A stretch of 33,939 bases of DNA, from positions 1 through 33,939 of the IMG/VR virus record IMGVR_UViG_3300042868_002233; one strand, given 5' to 3'. Shown here piece by piece: positions 1-9,744 of this stretch. How positions within the stretch are numbered: the stretch's first letter is position 1; each line of letters starts with the position of its first letter. The translations under genes were made by a program, and so were the position numbers. Origin of the DNA: a virus (taxonomy: Duplodnaviria; Caudoviricetes). The notes below the pieces were generated by a model. The model saw only the letters and a list, made by a program, of their open reading frames with translations. It was not told the origin of the DNA and ran no database searches.

Positions 1-134
1 CCGTAACAGCAGTTAACTCTGGGGCTAATACTGGTGGCAGTTTTGTAGCCTCAAATGCCTTGCCAACTGTTTGTACCATTTCTTTGCCAGCTTCTGTACG
101 GGGTACATAAGTTCCAGCTTGCATTCTTGCCTTA
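1..134. repeat. Terminal direct repeat / circular assembly overlap with 33806-33939
   Basis: 9-134 is identical to 33814-33939; mismatches only at positions 2 and 8. The repeat lies inside a CDS that reads through the join. Confidence 0.95.
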
Positions 135-787
135 AACACATCTTGGCCAACATTTGGTTTGCCGGTAATCCGCCCATAGATATCAGAACCTAATTGTTCA
201 ACAGCTGCGATGGGGGCAGTCACCGCGCCCGTAGCTAGGGTTAAGGCAGTTTCTACAGGGGCATCCATTAAGAATTGTTTTACATTGCGCACTTTGCGTT
301 GTTGGGGTTCTTCGATTACGCGCCCAGATGCGTCTTTCTTAACCACCTCTGGAACACCTGCAACCAAGGTTTCTTTTAGTTTTGCCTCTTGCGATATATC
401 ACCCATTACTTGGGTGTTTTTTTGTTTTTCGTATTCTTGTTTAGTAGCACTCAAAGCGCCAAATAAATCAGTTGCCTGAGTTGCGGGTTCGGCTTTTTGT
501 TCTTTTTGATATTCTTGTTTGGTAGTTTTTATGGCATCAAATAAACTACCAAAGCCAATACCGCCTTTAGATTCTGTGGCGGCCATTGCAGGTTGTACCC
601 CTAAACGCTCAAAAAGTGCTTGACGGGTTTTCAAAGGGTAGCTATTGAACTCAGCTGGGGTAGATAGTATTCTTTCTAATAATCTAGTATTAATTGAACT
701 ACCTTCGCTAGACATAGATTGGCCAATCTTTAATGCTTTAGTTCTAGCATCCGCACTTAAATTTTCATGGACAAATGGATCGCTCAT
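1..787 (-). CDS. N-terminal part of the large DNA ejection/injection protein (gp16-like position); continues across the join into 33805..32325, about 755 aa in total
   Basis: ATG at 787 overlaps the upstream TGA (ATGA). The open frame MSDPFVHENLSADARTK...VFKARMQAGTYVPR is in frame with ORF 32325..33929 (787-124=663 nt). Third gene of the ejection-protein block. Confidence 0.8.
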   Translation of the reverse strand, partial: MSDPFVHENLSADARTKALKIGQSMSSEGSSINTRLLERILSTPAEFNSYPLKTRQALFERLGVQPAMAATESKGGIGFGSLFDAIKTTKQEYQKEQKAEPATQATDLFGALSATKQEYEKQKNTQVMGDISQEAKLKETLVAGVPEVVKKDASGRVIEEPQQRKVRNVKQFLMDAPVETALTLATGAVTAPIAAVEQLGSDIYGRITGKPNVGQDVFKARMQAGTYVPRTEAGKEMVQTVGKAFEATKLPPVLAPELTAVT

Positions 788-2172
788 CGTTTTTGCCTTG
801 GCAAAGTACCAGTATTAGCAAGACTTTCAATGTTGCGGGCCTTGCGCTCAAACTCATTTAATGCCTCTAAGTTGGTCGGTTTAATCTTATTGTAAGCAGT
901 TATTTTTTCTTGAGGCGTTAATCTGTCTGACGCAAATATTGCCATTGCTTCATATACCCTAACATCTTTATTTTCGTCCCACGCCGCTTTATAACCCCTT
1001 GGTAGATTAGCTTCATTTAATCCAAGTTGTAAGAACTTGTTTGCGCCTTTTGCCTCTAGCATTGCGCCGTAAGCCTCTCCACGCAATTTGGTTGCTATAT
1101 TTTTTAATATTTCAGGCGGGTATACCTCGTTACCCGTTGCTTGAGATACCAAAGCAGTTGTTGCATCGGTCTTGCCACCAATGGCTTGATTGGTTGCAAT
1201 AACAAGGTCAGCAATCTCTTTAGATAATAATTTGTAATCTGCATCGCCAATGGCTGCTCTTAATTTAGCTTCCAACTCACCAGGCTTACCAGCCTTAAAA
1301 TCCCTACTCGATTCAATTTTGCTAATGGTTTGCAACACTCTATCAACGCGATCAAGACCTGTTGGCGCAGTTGATCCAACGGCTGATAGGTTTTTAATAT
1401 AGGCTTGACCCTCAACAGTTGCTGATTCTTCGCCAGGAGCAAATGGGCGAATATCGCCTGCTCTGCGTACTGGGTATGGCAAAGGAAAGCCAGGGTCATT
1501 TCTGCTTGCAACCATGTCAGCGCTAGTAACCCCTTTGGGCGTAGCTACAACCTGTGGTGCTGCTGCCGGTACAGCTGCGGCCGGTCCTACGGCTGCCGGT
1601 GCTGGTGCTGGTGCTGTTTCAGGTTGTAAAATTTTTACTGGCGTTATTGTGCCAGGCCCTTTGCGGAGTAATCCTGGTTGGCCACCAGATGATACCAATT
1701 CACCAGTTTGCAAACCTTGTTGGCCTGGAGCGCCTATTTGCGCCTGTATAACATTCGCCAACATTTGAGGTAAAGCAGTTGGATTATGTGCAGCGGTTGC
1801 CGTAATTGGTGACAAAATTGCAACAACTTGCGCCTCTGGAACCCCACTAGCAATTGCTTTTCGTTGAATTTCAAGCATGGCTTCTACTGTTTTATTTCTA
1901 TCGCCACTTGATATTCTTGGGTCGTTAATGAACCCACCGGCAACGCTAAATACTTTATCCGCGCGGGTTTTACTCAAGTTTTCGCCTGCGCTTACCTCAC
2001 CAATTTTTTTTGTTCTTGTTTCTATTCTGGATTGCTCTACCAACTCAGGGAACACTTCACTTTCGCGTTGAAACGCTTGGGCTCCACGAGCCAAATTTAA
2101 CATTTCTGGCAATGTCATTGCCACCGGAGGTTTAGCACTTAACGATATGTCTGGTTTTATATTAATTGCCAT
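784..2172 (-). CDS. Putative DNA ejection protein (gp20-like position), 462 aa
   Basis: Long Ala/Gln-rich helical ORF with a Pro/Ala linker, between the gp7-like and gp16-like genes. Function inferred from synteny. Confidence 0.6.
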   Translation of the reverse strand: MAINIKPDISLSAKPPVAMTLPEMLNLARGAQAFQRESEVFPELVEQSRIETRTKKIGEVSAGENLSKTRADKVFSVAGGFINDPRISSGDRNKTVEAMLEIQRKAIASGVPEAQVVAILSPITATAAHNPTALPQMLANVIQAQIGAPGQQGLQTGELVSSGGQPGLLRKGPGTITPVKILQPETAPAPAPAAVGPAAAVPAAAPQVVATPKGVTSADMVASRNDPGFPLPYPVRRAGDIRPFAPGEESATVEGQAYIKNLSAVGSTAPTGLDRVDRVLQTISKIESSRDFKAGKPGELEAKLRAAIGDADYKLLSKEIADLVIATNQAIGGKTDATTALVSQATGNEVYPPEILKNIATKLRGEAYGAMLEAKGANKFLQLGLNEANLPRGYKAAWDENKDVRVYEAMAIFASDRLTPQEKITAYNKIKPTNLEALNEFERKARNIESLANTGTLPRQKR

Positions 2173-2181
2173 GATTGTTCC

Positions 2182-2901
2182 TTACGCTATCGCTACTGGA
2201 TTATATATTTGGCCTGTAGTTGGGCCTGTTGGCGGTGGCTGTTGCGCAACCGGTCTATTTATGAGCGAGTTTATATACGCCAAATTTCCAAGATTTGATG
2301 CAGCGCCACCAACCGCATTTGCAGCACCAACTGTTCCGGCTGCTTGCGCTGCAGCGCCACCCGTTATTAATCCAGTTTGTCCAGCTGCAAAATTTTGGCC
2401 AGCAGTTACGCCAGTATTGACCGCGCCTTGTCCCATGCCAGCAATATTCGCCAAGGTGTTATAAATGTTGCCACGCTCAGTTTGAAAGCGATTAAATGCG
2501 TTGCCGTATTCGGTAGACGCTAAGTTTTGACCATAATCAGCAAGAGAACGCAATGTGTTACCGCTTATTGCGCCGCCTCCGACATTTGCTAAACGCTCGG
2601 TTGCCTGAGTTCCAAGACGCTGGCGAAATGCCATGCTGGGGTCTAAATATTGCCCAAATTGTTCAGGTCCGAATTGAGAAGTTAAAAACGGCTTCATCCT
2701 CTCAATGTCTTTGAGGGCGGTGTAACCTGTCTCGCGGTATGGTCCTAAATCTTCTCTTGATTGCTCATACATGGCCCGTTCTTGGTCCATAGCTCGACCA
2801 GCAGCATCTGCTTGAGTTCTTGCGGCGCTTTTAGCTGCCTGTGAACTTTGGTACCCTGTAAATACAGTTGCCGCGGCAACCGCCGTCATTCCCCATGTCA
2901 T
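2182..2901 (-). CDS. DNA transfer/ejection protein, P22 gp7-like, 239 aa
   Basis: Hydrophobic Gly/Ala N-terminus, AAKSAARTQADAA helix, 'LGPYRETG' motif and Gly/Ala-rich C-terminus; gene position matches gp7. Confidence 0.7.
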   Translation of the reverse strand: MTWGMTAVAAATVFTGYQSSQAAKSAARTQADAAGRAMDQERAMYEQSREDLGPYRETGYTALKDIERMKPFLTSQFGPEQFGQYLDPSMAFRQRLGTQATERLANVGGGAISGNTLRSLADYGQNLASTEYGNAFNRFQTERGNIYNTLANIAGMGQGAVNTGVTAGQNFAAGQTGLITGGAAAQAAGTVGAANAVGGAASNLGNLAYINSLINRPVAQQPPPTGPTTGQIYNPVAIA

Positions 2902-3416
2902 TTTGCATCTCCCTTCAGTCGTTTAAGACTGTTTACTGAATCTATAAATCCCAACTCTGCATAATTTTGCGCAATTACTTCTTCTTCAATTTTTTCCAAA
3001 TTTTCTTCGCCGTAGTATTGCGTCAGATGAACCGTTGTCCAAATTGTGTCCTCCTCTGCAACTACTGCTCTTTTAAGTCCAATTTCAGAAATAAAAGTAC
3101 ATGGAGCCTCAAAATACTTTTTACCAAATTCTGTTGCAACGCTTACTTTTCCTTGCAATATAAAGTTTAAATGTTGATGTCGATGAATTTTCCCAATAAT
3201 TAAAGTCCCTTTAGGAATAAACATCTGTCTTGCATAAGTACAGCACCCATACTTTTCGTCAAACGGGGCAAAATGATGCGTTACCTTGCAATCTGGTAGC
3301 GTATCTTCCGCTAATCCATCTTTGATCATTTCTTGCAAACCATTTTGTACAGTCAAAATTTTCTCACGAAAATCAATTTTTTCGATAGCATTTTGGGGAG
3401 AAGAAAGGTCAAACAT
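2898..3416 (-). CDS. Cupin-fold (RmlC-like) protein in the virion module, about 172 aa
   Basis: HHFAP..YARQMFIPKG..IGKIHRHQHLNFILQGKV..APCTF cupin pattern. Likely start is ATG 3416, overlapping the upstream gene end. Confidence 0.65.
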   Translation of the reverse strand: MFDLSSPQNAIEKIDFREKILTVQNGLQEMIKDGLAEDTLPDCKVTHHFAPFDEKYGCCTYARQMFIPKGTLIIGKIHRHQHLNFILQGKVSVATEFGKKYFEAPCTFISEIGLKRAVVAEEDTIWTTVHLTQYYGEENLEKIEEEVIAQNYAELGFIDSVNSLKRLKGDAK

Positions 3417-3627
3417 TGTAATAAGGTATTTTCTTAGACTCGCCGTTGACGGTAACCTCAATAAACCCCTCTGGGTTTGCCGGTAAGGTAGCCGATCCAG
3501 CGGTGGCCGTTGCTGCGCTAGAAAAGTTTAGTAAATTAAGCAAAAACAACTGCCAGGCGCGGGTTGGCCGCCCCGTATTATCAATTAATGGGCTAGTTGG
3601 CAGCCGTTGGTTTTGCGGTGTAGTCAT
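3409..3627 (-). CDS. Small tail protein (gp26/needle-like position), 72 aa
   Basis: PLIDNTGRPTRAWQLFL N-terminus and KIPYY C-terminus; coupled directly downstream of the gp10-like gene. Confidence 0.6.
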   Translation of the reverse strand: MTTPQNQRLPTSPLIDNTGRPTRAWQLFLLNLLNFSSAATATAGSATLPANPEGFIEVTVNGESKKIPYYNV

Positions 3628-5498
3628 TAGTTTTCTCCAGCCTCGGCTTTTAGGTTTGCAGACACAATAACCGCCTTAACTGGGTCAGAAATAGACACCT
3701 CAAAGACTCGATCACGGGCCATGCCTAATCTGCGCCATATGGCACGATTTAGGTATTTACCTTGTTTTCCAATACTGACCCAATTTTCATTGGACCATGT
3801 TGAGCCGCCATCGCTTGACCAGCGCAACATAGCCTGTGGGTCCTCGCCTTGGCCGGTAGACAATCCAACGCCAGGCTGGAATTGAATTTGCAACTCATGG
3901 AAATATTGGCGCTGCAAGTCGGATGTAATGTGTGGGGCGCGGCGCAGCCGTCTAATAGGCTGGCCATCATCGGTGTAAAAGTTGCGACTTAATTGGTATA
4001 TTTTGCCATTTTCGTAATCCCCAACCAAGACCTGCTGGTTAAAGAATGCGCAGCAATTACCACGGTGGCGCTCAAATTCGTTTTGGTTATTACGGTACAA
4101 CCACTTATGCCATAGGCCGGTTGTGTTGTCATAGGCCCAAGTTAAACCGTTATCACCAATAGAGGGAAAGGTCACCACATAGACTTCATGGCCTTCTAGC
4201 TGGTAAGTCCATGCTAAAGCAGTAGCTACATTCTGATTAACTAAGGTTGTTTCAACAGCATGAGTTGATATTCTTTCAGGAAAATATCCATTCATACGCA
4301 CTATCATTGCCTCGCCGCGATTGTTTTTTGACACATACGCAAAGGAGTTGCCCATCCTAGACATGGAATATTGCGCTGCAATACCTTGTTGGGTAGATGT
4401 GCCAGGAATGCGAGTAAAGGGAAATGGCACCGCGCCCGAATTAATCCAGACTTCGGAGGACATTTCGCCAAGCAAATAGACTTCGCGGCGGTCAACAATG
4501 ATGGACACAAGGTCATCTGGTGAGCCATCTTTACTAGCAAAAGATAGCGGGTCGGTGATTGGGCTTAGTAAGTCCGATGCCGCAAACAGCTGCGAATCGG
4601 GTTTGTTGTAAATAAAGTAATTGTCGGTAATGTCAACCGTTCCGCCACCTTCAAATGGACCATCATTGGCTGGTAATACGGTCCAGTTCATAGCATAAAT
4701 GGTGGTACTACTAACTGTCTGCGATGCGCTTACTGTATAAGTTCCTACTCCGCCTGATCCAGTACCAAAGGCCTTAATAATCGTGCCATCGGTAACTCCA
4801 GTACCCTCAATGGTTTGGCCTATCCGTAGAGTTCCGCTAGTAACAGCAGAAACCGTCAGGGTTGTTCCAGCTATTGCGCCCGTAACAATTGCAGGCGATG
4901 CAACCGTATTGATGGAAGTTGAGGCAACCGTTTGAGAGTTGCTGACTGTGTAAGTTCCAGTTCCTCCCGTGCCTGTACCTAAAGCAGTAATAACCGTATT
5001 TTGCGCAACTCCTTGACCAAAAACAGCTTGGCCTACGGCAATTGTTCCGCTTAAAACAGAGGTAACCGTTAAGGTTGTGGTTGATATTGATCCAGTAAAG
5101 GTTGCTGCGGATGGATTAGAGATAAACCAGCAATAGCGGTAAGTCTCATCCACAATATAGACATTCACGCCGTTATCCACAATACCTACCAAGCCGGTAG
5201 CGGTATTCATCTGGCCAATCATTTTTGGCGTGTAGTCTGACTCCATGACATACACAAAATCGCCACATACGGTTAATACTTGGGTGCCACCAGACAGGGT
5301 ACGAATGCCCCGCACTTCCTCCTGATTGGGAAGAATAACTACCGTCTCAAGTCCTGGCGTTGGATATAGCGCCATAATGCCACGGTCACCTTGCGGCTTA
5401 GTAGGGTCTATTTCAGGGTAAAAATTAATGCATTCTTGGGCATCCTGATAAATAGAGGGTGCCTCGTAAGCTGCGCCAACGAATCCAAAGTCTGGCAT
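3627..5498 (-). CDS. Tail hub / DNA stabilisation protein, P22 gp10-like, 623 aa
   Basis: CINFYPE..LYPTPGL N-terminus; [13 protein letters not shown] and [22 protein letters not shown]-terminal motifs; position after the adaptor. Confidence 0.85.
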   Translation of the reverse strand: MPDFGFVGAAYEAPSIYQDAQECINFYPEIDPTKPQGDRGIMALYPTPGLETVVILPNQEEVRGIRTLSGGTQVLTVCGDFVYVMESDYTPKMIGQMNTATGLVGIVDNGVNVYIVDETYRYCWFISNPSAATFTGSISTTTLTVTSVLSGTIAVGQAVFGQGVAQNTVITALGTGTGGTGTYTVSNSQTVASTSINTVASPAIVTGAIAGTTLTVSAVTSGTLRIGQTIEGTGVTDGTIIKAFGTGSGGVGTYTVSASQTVSSTTIYAMNWTVLPANDGPFEGGGTVDITDNYFIYNKPDSQLFAASDLLSPITDPLSFASKDGSPDDLVSIIVDRREVYLLGEMSSEVWINSGAVPFPFTRIPGTSTQQGIAAQYSMSRMGNSFAYVSKNNRGEAMIVRMNGYFPERISTHAVETTLVNQNVATALAWTYQLEGHEVYVVTFPSIGDNGLTWAYDNTTGLWHKWLYRNNQNEFERHRGNCCAFFNQQVLVGDYENGKIYQLSRNFYTDDGQPIRRLRRAPHITSDLQRQYFHELQIQFQPGVGLSTGQGEDPQAMLRWSSDGGSTWSNENWVSIGKQGKYLNRAIWRRLGMARDRVFEVSISDPVKAVIVSANLKAEAGEN

Positions 5499-6463
5499 TA
5501 AAAGCCTCCAGACAGAATCCAGCCTGCATCCGCTCTCTTACCTACAATCAATGAATCCTCAAATCGCGCCACCTGCATAGGTTTCATATTGTTGCGCTTA
5601 ATGGTTGCCTTGGCATGACCAGCAAAGCTATTAATCATCTGTATTTGCGTTGGGCTGGCTTTGCCATACATCGGCATTAAACGCTCGGCTAAACACCATC
5701 TAAGGGCCATTAAATAGCCTTGTGGAATAACTATCTCATCATTGATAGTGGTAAAGCGCTGAAACAAGGTATCCGCAAAGATATGCATTTCGCCTTGGGC
5801 TGGATTAGGCCATACAAAAATGGTTCCCAAAGCCTCACTTGGCTGGTAGTACAGGGCGCGAGGCCATGGACCATTTAAGGTCTTTAAACCAATCATTTCA
5901 TAGTTTTCTAGGTTAAGAATGGTTATTGGGTAATCAAGTCCGCCGTTTACAATAGGTTGACCATTAGAGTTAGTGTTTACCCTAACAAATGCCGAATTAA
6001 TAGACAAAGGGCGCTCGTAATACGCACTAATTGTTGTGCTGCTAACCGTCTGCGAGATGCTTACCGTATAAGTTCCATTGGAATTAACATTGCCACCTGC
6101 GCCAGAACCAAAGCGCGTAATCTTGGTGCCAGCTGCCACACCAGAGCCAGTTAAGGTCATACCCAAGGCAATTGCGCCAGCTGCTACATTGGTGACAGTT
6201 AATGTTGTGCCGCTGATTGATCCAGTAATAGTCCCGCCAATTTGGCCACCAGCACCAATGGTGTATTGGGTTTGTCCGGAAGTTAAGGTAAATATGATTT
6301 CGGTCTTATAAAAGACCATCATCTGCTCATTCGACCATTGGTCGCACATATCGTTGAGCATATCAAATGCGTCTTGCGAATCCGCAGGAGCGGGGGTCTC
6401 ACCAGCCTCCAGAGCCCCAATATCTTTAAGGGCGCGAGAGATGATGTCGATTGGTTGTGTCAT
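5498..6463 (-). CDS. Head-tail adaptor, P22 gp4-like, 321 aa
   Basis: [30 protein letters not shown]-terminus; [20 protein letters not shown]; directly upstream of the gp10-like gene. Confidence 0.75.
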   Translation of the reverse strand: MTQPIDIISRALKDIGALEAGETPAPADSQDAFDMLNDMCDQWSNEQMMVFYKTEIIFTLTSGQTQYTIGAGGQIGGTITGSISGTTLTVTNVAAGAIALGMTLTGSGVAAGTKITRFGSGAGGNVNSNGTYTVSISQTVSSTTISAYYERPLSINSAFVRVNTNSNGQPIVNGGLDYPITILNLENYEMIGLKTLNGPWPRALYYQPSEALGTIFVWPNPAQGEMHIFADTLFQRFTTINDEIVIPQGYLMALRWCLAERLMPMYGKASPTQIQMINSFAGHAKATIKRNNMKPMQVARFEDSLIVGKRADAGWILSGGF

Positions 6464-6771
6464 ATCGTCACCTTAAATGTGTCCACGGCCCAGGGCGGTT
6501 TAGTTGTTATTTCAGAACTAAGCGCATCCAGCTGCTCTTGTAATCTATATTTTATAAGATGTTTACCGTCTTGGGTAGCATCTAAATCAAGCCAATGGAT
6601 AACCTGGTGTTCGGTTGTATCTTCATCAACCATGTGCGCAGTTCGCATTTTCCAATTACCCTCGGTTTCTACAGAATTTTTCTCATCTGTTGCTTTGCAC
6701 CAATATTTAAAGGATTTTAGAGTCCCGTCAATAATGACGGTTTCTAGTATTTTCCATTGGTAATTTGTCAT
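6460..6771 (-). CDS. Hypothetical fibre-associated protein, 103 aa
   Basis: Coupled ORF ending in a PPW motif, downstream of the fibre genes. Confidence 0.6.
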   Translation of the reverse strand: MTNYQWKILETVIIDGTLKSFKYWCKATDEKNSVETEGNWKMRTAHMVDEDTTEHQVIHWLDLDATQDGKHLIKYRLQEQLDALSSEITTKPPWAVDTFKVTI

Positions 6772-7307
6772 AGTCTTGGAAAAGATAGGTCTAGGGCAAT
6801 TAATTGTTCTACAGAAGTTACCGCAGCAATTGCAGTTTCTAGTGCTTCTGATTTGGCTACTACGCTTGCACGATAAGTAGCGACAGAAGTAGGAATATCA
6901 ACACTTCTCTCAGCTTTGCGGATTACCATCCAATCGGTCTGGGCAAGGATAGAGCCAGCAGTAGTCTTTACCTGAGAGATAAAGTTAGACTTTAATCCTT
7001 TGGTTACTAATCTCTCTGTGCTATCTACCATTGCTGGTTTGCCATCAACAATACCTAAAACTTTGACATAAAGAGGGTTGCCATTTTCATCGGATTCTTC
7101 TTTATCCTCTAGTGCTTTAGGATTGTTGATGTTGCCATCCCAATAGAATCTATCATCTGCTCTTACAGCATCCGCTTCCCATGTCATACCAATAGCAGAC
7201 TTATCTGCCTCAGATGCTAGACGAATCCAGTTAGCAGGGTATTGAATGTCGTTGTGTGTAAAAGGTGTATCCAGTTGGATAGTCTTAGTTCCGAGTTTAA
7301 AAGGCAT
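6768..7307 (-). CDS. Putative tail fibre assembly/chaperone-like protein, 179 aa
   Basis: LAQTDWMVIRKAE..IP..VATYR motif resembles fibre-assembly chaperones; follows the fibre gene. Confidence 0.6.
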   Translation of the reverse strand: MPFKLGTKTIQLDTPFTHNDIQYPANWIRLASEADKSAIGMTWEADAVRADDRFYWDGNINNPKALEDKEESDENGNPLYVKVLGIVDGKPAMVDSTERLVTKGLKSNFISQVKTTAGSILAQTDWMVIRKAERSVDIPTSVATYRASVVAKSEALETAIAAVTSVEQLIALDLSFPRL

Positions 7308-7315
7308 AATATTTC

Positions 7316-9736
7316 CTATCGTGCGTTAGCGTATTTAAAGGGGTTTTCGGCAAATACCATGTAGATGTAAGTTCCACCAGATGCGTTATGCGAACTTGAT
7401 GAAGTGAGGATTTTAAAGCCATTAGATAAATAATCAATTGGATTGCTATTATTTTCTTCAGCATTGGATAAGTTTGCAAATAACTCTAATTCAACAGCGT
7501 TATAAGGACTTCTTGCTGAATCTCCAATTCTCCAAGATTCAATAGCATCTGATCTTCTTGTCATTACATATCTAGGTCTAAACCCAGTAAAGATAAATGG
7601 ACCATCCGTAGAACCATTCCCTGTGTATGAACCAAATGCAGAGTATCCAGCGACTTGTGCAAAGCAGTAGGCTACATGGTTGTCATTAGCATAAGTAGAA
7701 CCGGCAACAGTAAATCCGCAAGTAGAACTTGTCATTCCACTAGCACCCCACATAGTTGAAAAACTAGCCTCGGCTGCGGTTGTGTTTAAAACAAGATAAT
7801 CTGTGTTATTTACGCCAAGAGATGAGTGATAAACAAACCAACTAGTTGAACCTGTTGTTCTATTTTTAACAATTACCATATTAGGTGTAACACCCAGACC
7901 ATGCCCAACAGTAAATTGACCGCTTGAAGGTGCTGTAAATGTAACAATACTAAATCCAGCACTTGTATTAGCACTTACTGTAGATGTAATAGAGCCTGCT
8001 GTGTTGGATACGCCTGCTCCGTTGGCTTTCCAGTTCCATGCTACATAGGTATCCGCACTTGTGTTTAACTGCGCTAATGCACCAACAGTAAAGCCGTCTG
8101 AACCAAATGCTGTTAAACCTGTGGTTTCGGTAGTTTCTGCGGTTGTTGTATTACTTTCTAACTGTTTTTGAACGCCACGAACTGCATCATAAAGTCCATG
8201 GTCAGCCGCAGCATTGCGTTCTTTAATCCATGTCCAATCAGGTTGGAATCCTAGCCCTGTAATAGATTGGCTAGAACCTGTGCCTGTGTACAAAGCAATA
8301 TTCATATACTTATTCGCTGTTGTAGCCGCAGTAGCACCAATCGTAGGAGTAGGTAAGTTAAATGTGTTTAGTGCTACAAAGCCTGCAGGTGGTGTGTATT
8401 CGAATGGTTGTTGTCCGAAGTTAACATTGACTGTTGAAAAAGAACCAGCGCCACCGTTACCAATGCCAGGAACAAAAGTACCACTTACGCTTGTAAATGC
8501 AGCATTAGTTCCAGCGGCAGGATCACCACTCGCTTGAAATACTCCATTTTTAGACCACCAAATTTTTCCATTGTCTAAGTCTAAAGCGCATCCAATTACA
8601 TCACTAGTCGTAAATGTGTTTCCGTATGCTACTCCTCCAGATCCAGCGTATTTACTTCCAGTTGTGTAGTATCCATATCCAGTTGTAACTGTAAGACCAG
8701 GAGAGCCGCTAGAACCTTGTGTAGCAGCTGGAGCAATACCAATCATGCAACCACCAGATGAAATTGATGAAGGCGTACTTTCCCAATAGAATTTACCGCT
8801 TGTCATTCCAATTGTTCCGTATATACCGCATTCATCGCCTGTTACAGTTGTTCCTTGCAAGTTGCCATTAGCACAAGAAGTTCCTGTGTAAAGATTTAAT
8901 GGGTTCAATGTGCAATAGTTAGCCGCAGTAGCACTTGTCAGCGTAGGCACATCGGTCATGCTGTCATAAGTAGTGCCAGCAGTTAGGCTGATGTTGTTTA
9001 CTGTCCAATCATTAGAACCAGCAGCATCGTATCCTAGTGCAGCAGTAGAAGATGTATCTTCAAAGTCTAAATAGAATCCATTAGTGCCGTATGTTCCTGT
9101 GTATTTCTTAGGAATCCATACACCTGTGCTTGTGGATGTTTCACCAAATGAGGATGGTGTTAGGGCTTGACCATCGATGAAGTTACATTCAGTCATGTAG
9201 CCATCCATCAAATACCCGTTATTAGTAACCAAACGACCAATTTCATGGGCTTGCGCTTGATTAATAAAGCCATCGGTATTTTGTGATGGGTATGCAGTTG
9301 AGTTGAATGCTGTTACTTGCACTCCATTAACATACAGTTTTAATCTTTCGGTACTTGTTGCTTGTGTGGTATCTGCCGCAAATACAATGTGATACCAAGC
9401 CGCTGGGTCACGGAATACTTGAGCAGTTACAAGAAATCCTGTCCAACTGCCACTATATGAGAATCTAACTTCTAAAGCATCTGTCAGCGTATCGTTGGAA
9501 AAATAAATACCAGCAGTTTGAGTACCGTTTCCGTAGCCTGTAAAGATTGAATTATCGCCACCCAATGAGCCACGCTTAACCCAACCACTCCAAGTCCATG
9601 TCTTGCGATTACCAGCAACAGGAAATGTACGATTTAAATAAGCAGAAGCACTAGACCGAAAGCGTAGGGAGTTGGTTAGGAAGTAACCACCTTGACCAGA
9701 TGCACCAGCAAGGATATTAGAACCAATAACTGACAT
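7316..9736 (-). CDS. Receptor-binding/fibre protein with a ConA-like lectin (LamG) domain and a SPRY-like domain, 806 aa
   Basis: TWTWSGWVKRG..WYHIV..LKLYVNG (LamG-like); SGKFYWE..DVIGCALDLDNGKIWWSKNG (SPRY-like); repeated YTGTG/YTGNG..GFQPD/GFRPR C-terminal modules. Confidence 0.75.
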   Translation of the reverse strand: MSVIGSNILAGASGQGGYFLTNSLRFRSSASAYLNRTFPVAGNRKTWTWSGWVKRGSLGGDNSIFTGYGNGTQTAGIYFSNDTLTDALEVRFSYSGSWTGFLVTAQVFRDPAAWYHIVFAADTTQATSTERLKLYVNGVQVTAFNSTAYPSQNTDGFINQAQAHEIGRLVTNNGYLMDGYMTECNFIDGQALTPSSFGETSTSTGVWIPKKYTGTYGTNGFYLDFEDTSSTAALGYDAAGSNDWTVNNISLTAGTTYDSMTDVPTLTSATAANYCTLNPLNLYTGTSCANGNLQGTTVTGDECGIYGTIGMTSGKFYWESTPSSISSGGCMIGIAPAATQGSSGSPGLTVTTGYGYYTTGSKYAGSGGVAYGNTFTTSDVIGCALDLDNGKIWWSKNGVFQASGDPAAGTNAAFTSVSGTFVPGIGNGGAGSFSTVNVNFGQQPFEYTPPAGFVALNTFNLPTPTIGATAATTANKYMNIALYTGTGSSQSITGLGFQPDWTWIKERNAAADHGLYDAVRGVQKQLESNTTTAETTETTGLTAFGSDGFTVGALAQLNTSADTYVAWNWKANGAGVSNTAGSITSTVSANTSAGFSIVTFTAPSSGQFTVGHGLGVTPNMVIVKNRTTGSTSWFVYHSSLGVNNTDYLVLNTTAAEASFSTMWGASGMTSSTCGFTVAGSTYANDNHVAYCFAQVAGYSAFGSYTGNGSTDGPFIFTGFRPRYVMTRRSDAIESWRIGDSARSPYNAVELELFANLSNAEENNSNPIDYLSNGFKILTSSSSHNASGGTYIYMVFAENPFKYANAR

Positions 9737-9744
9737 TATTAGCC

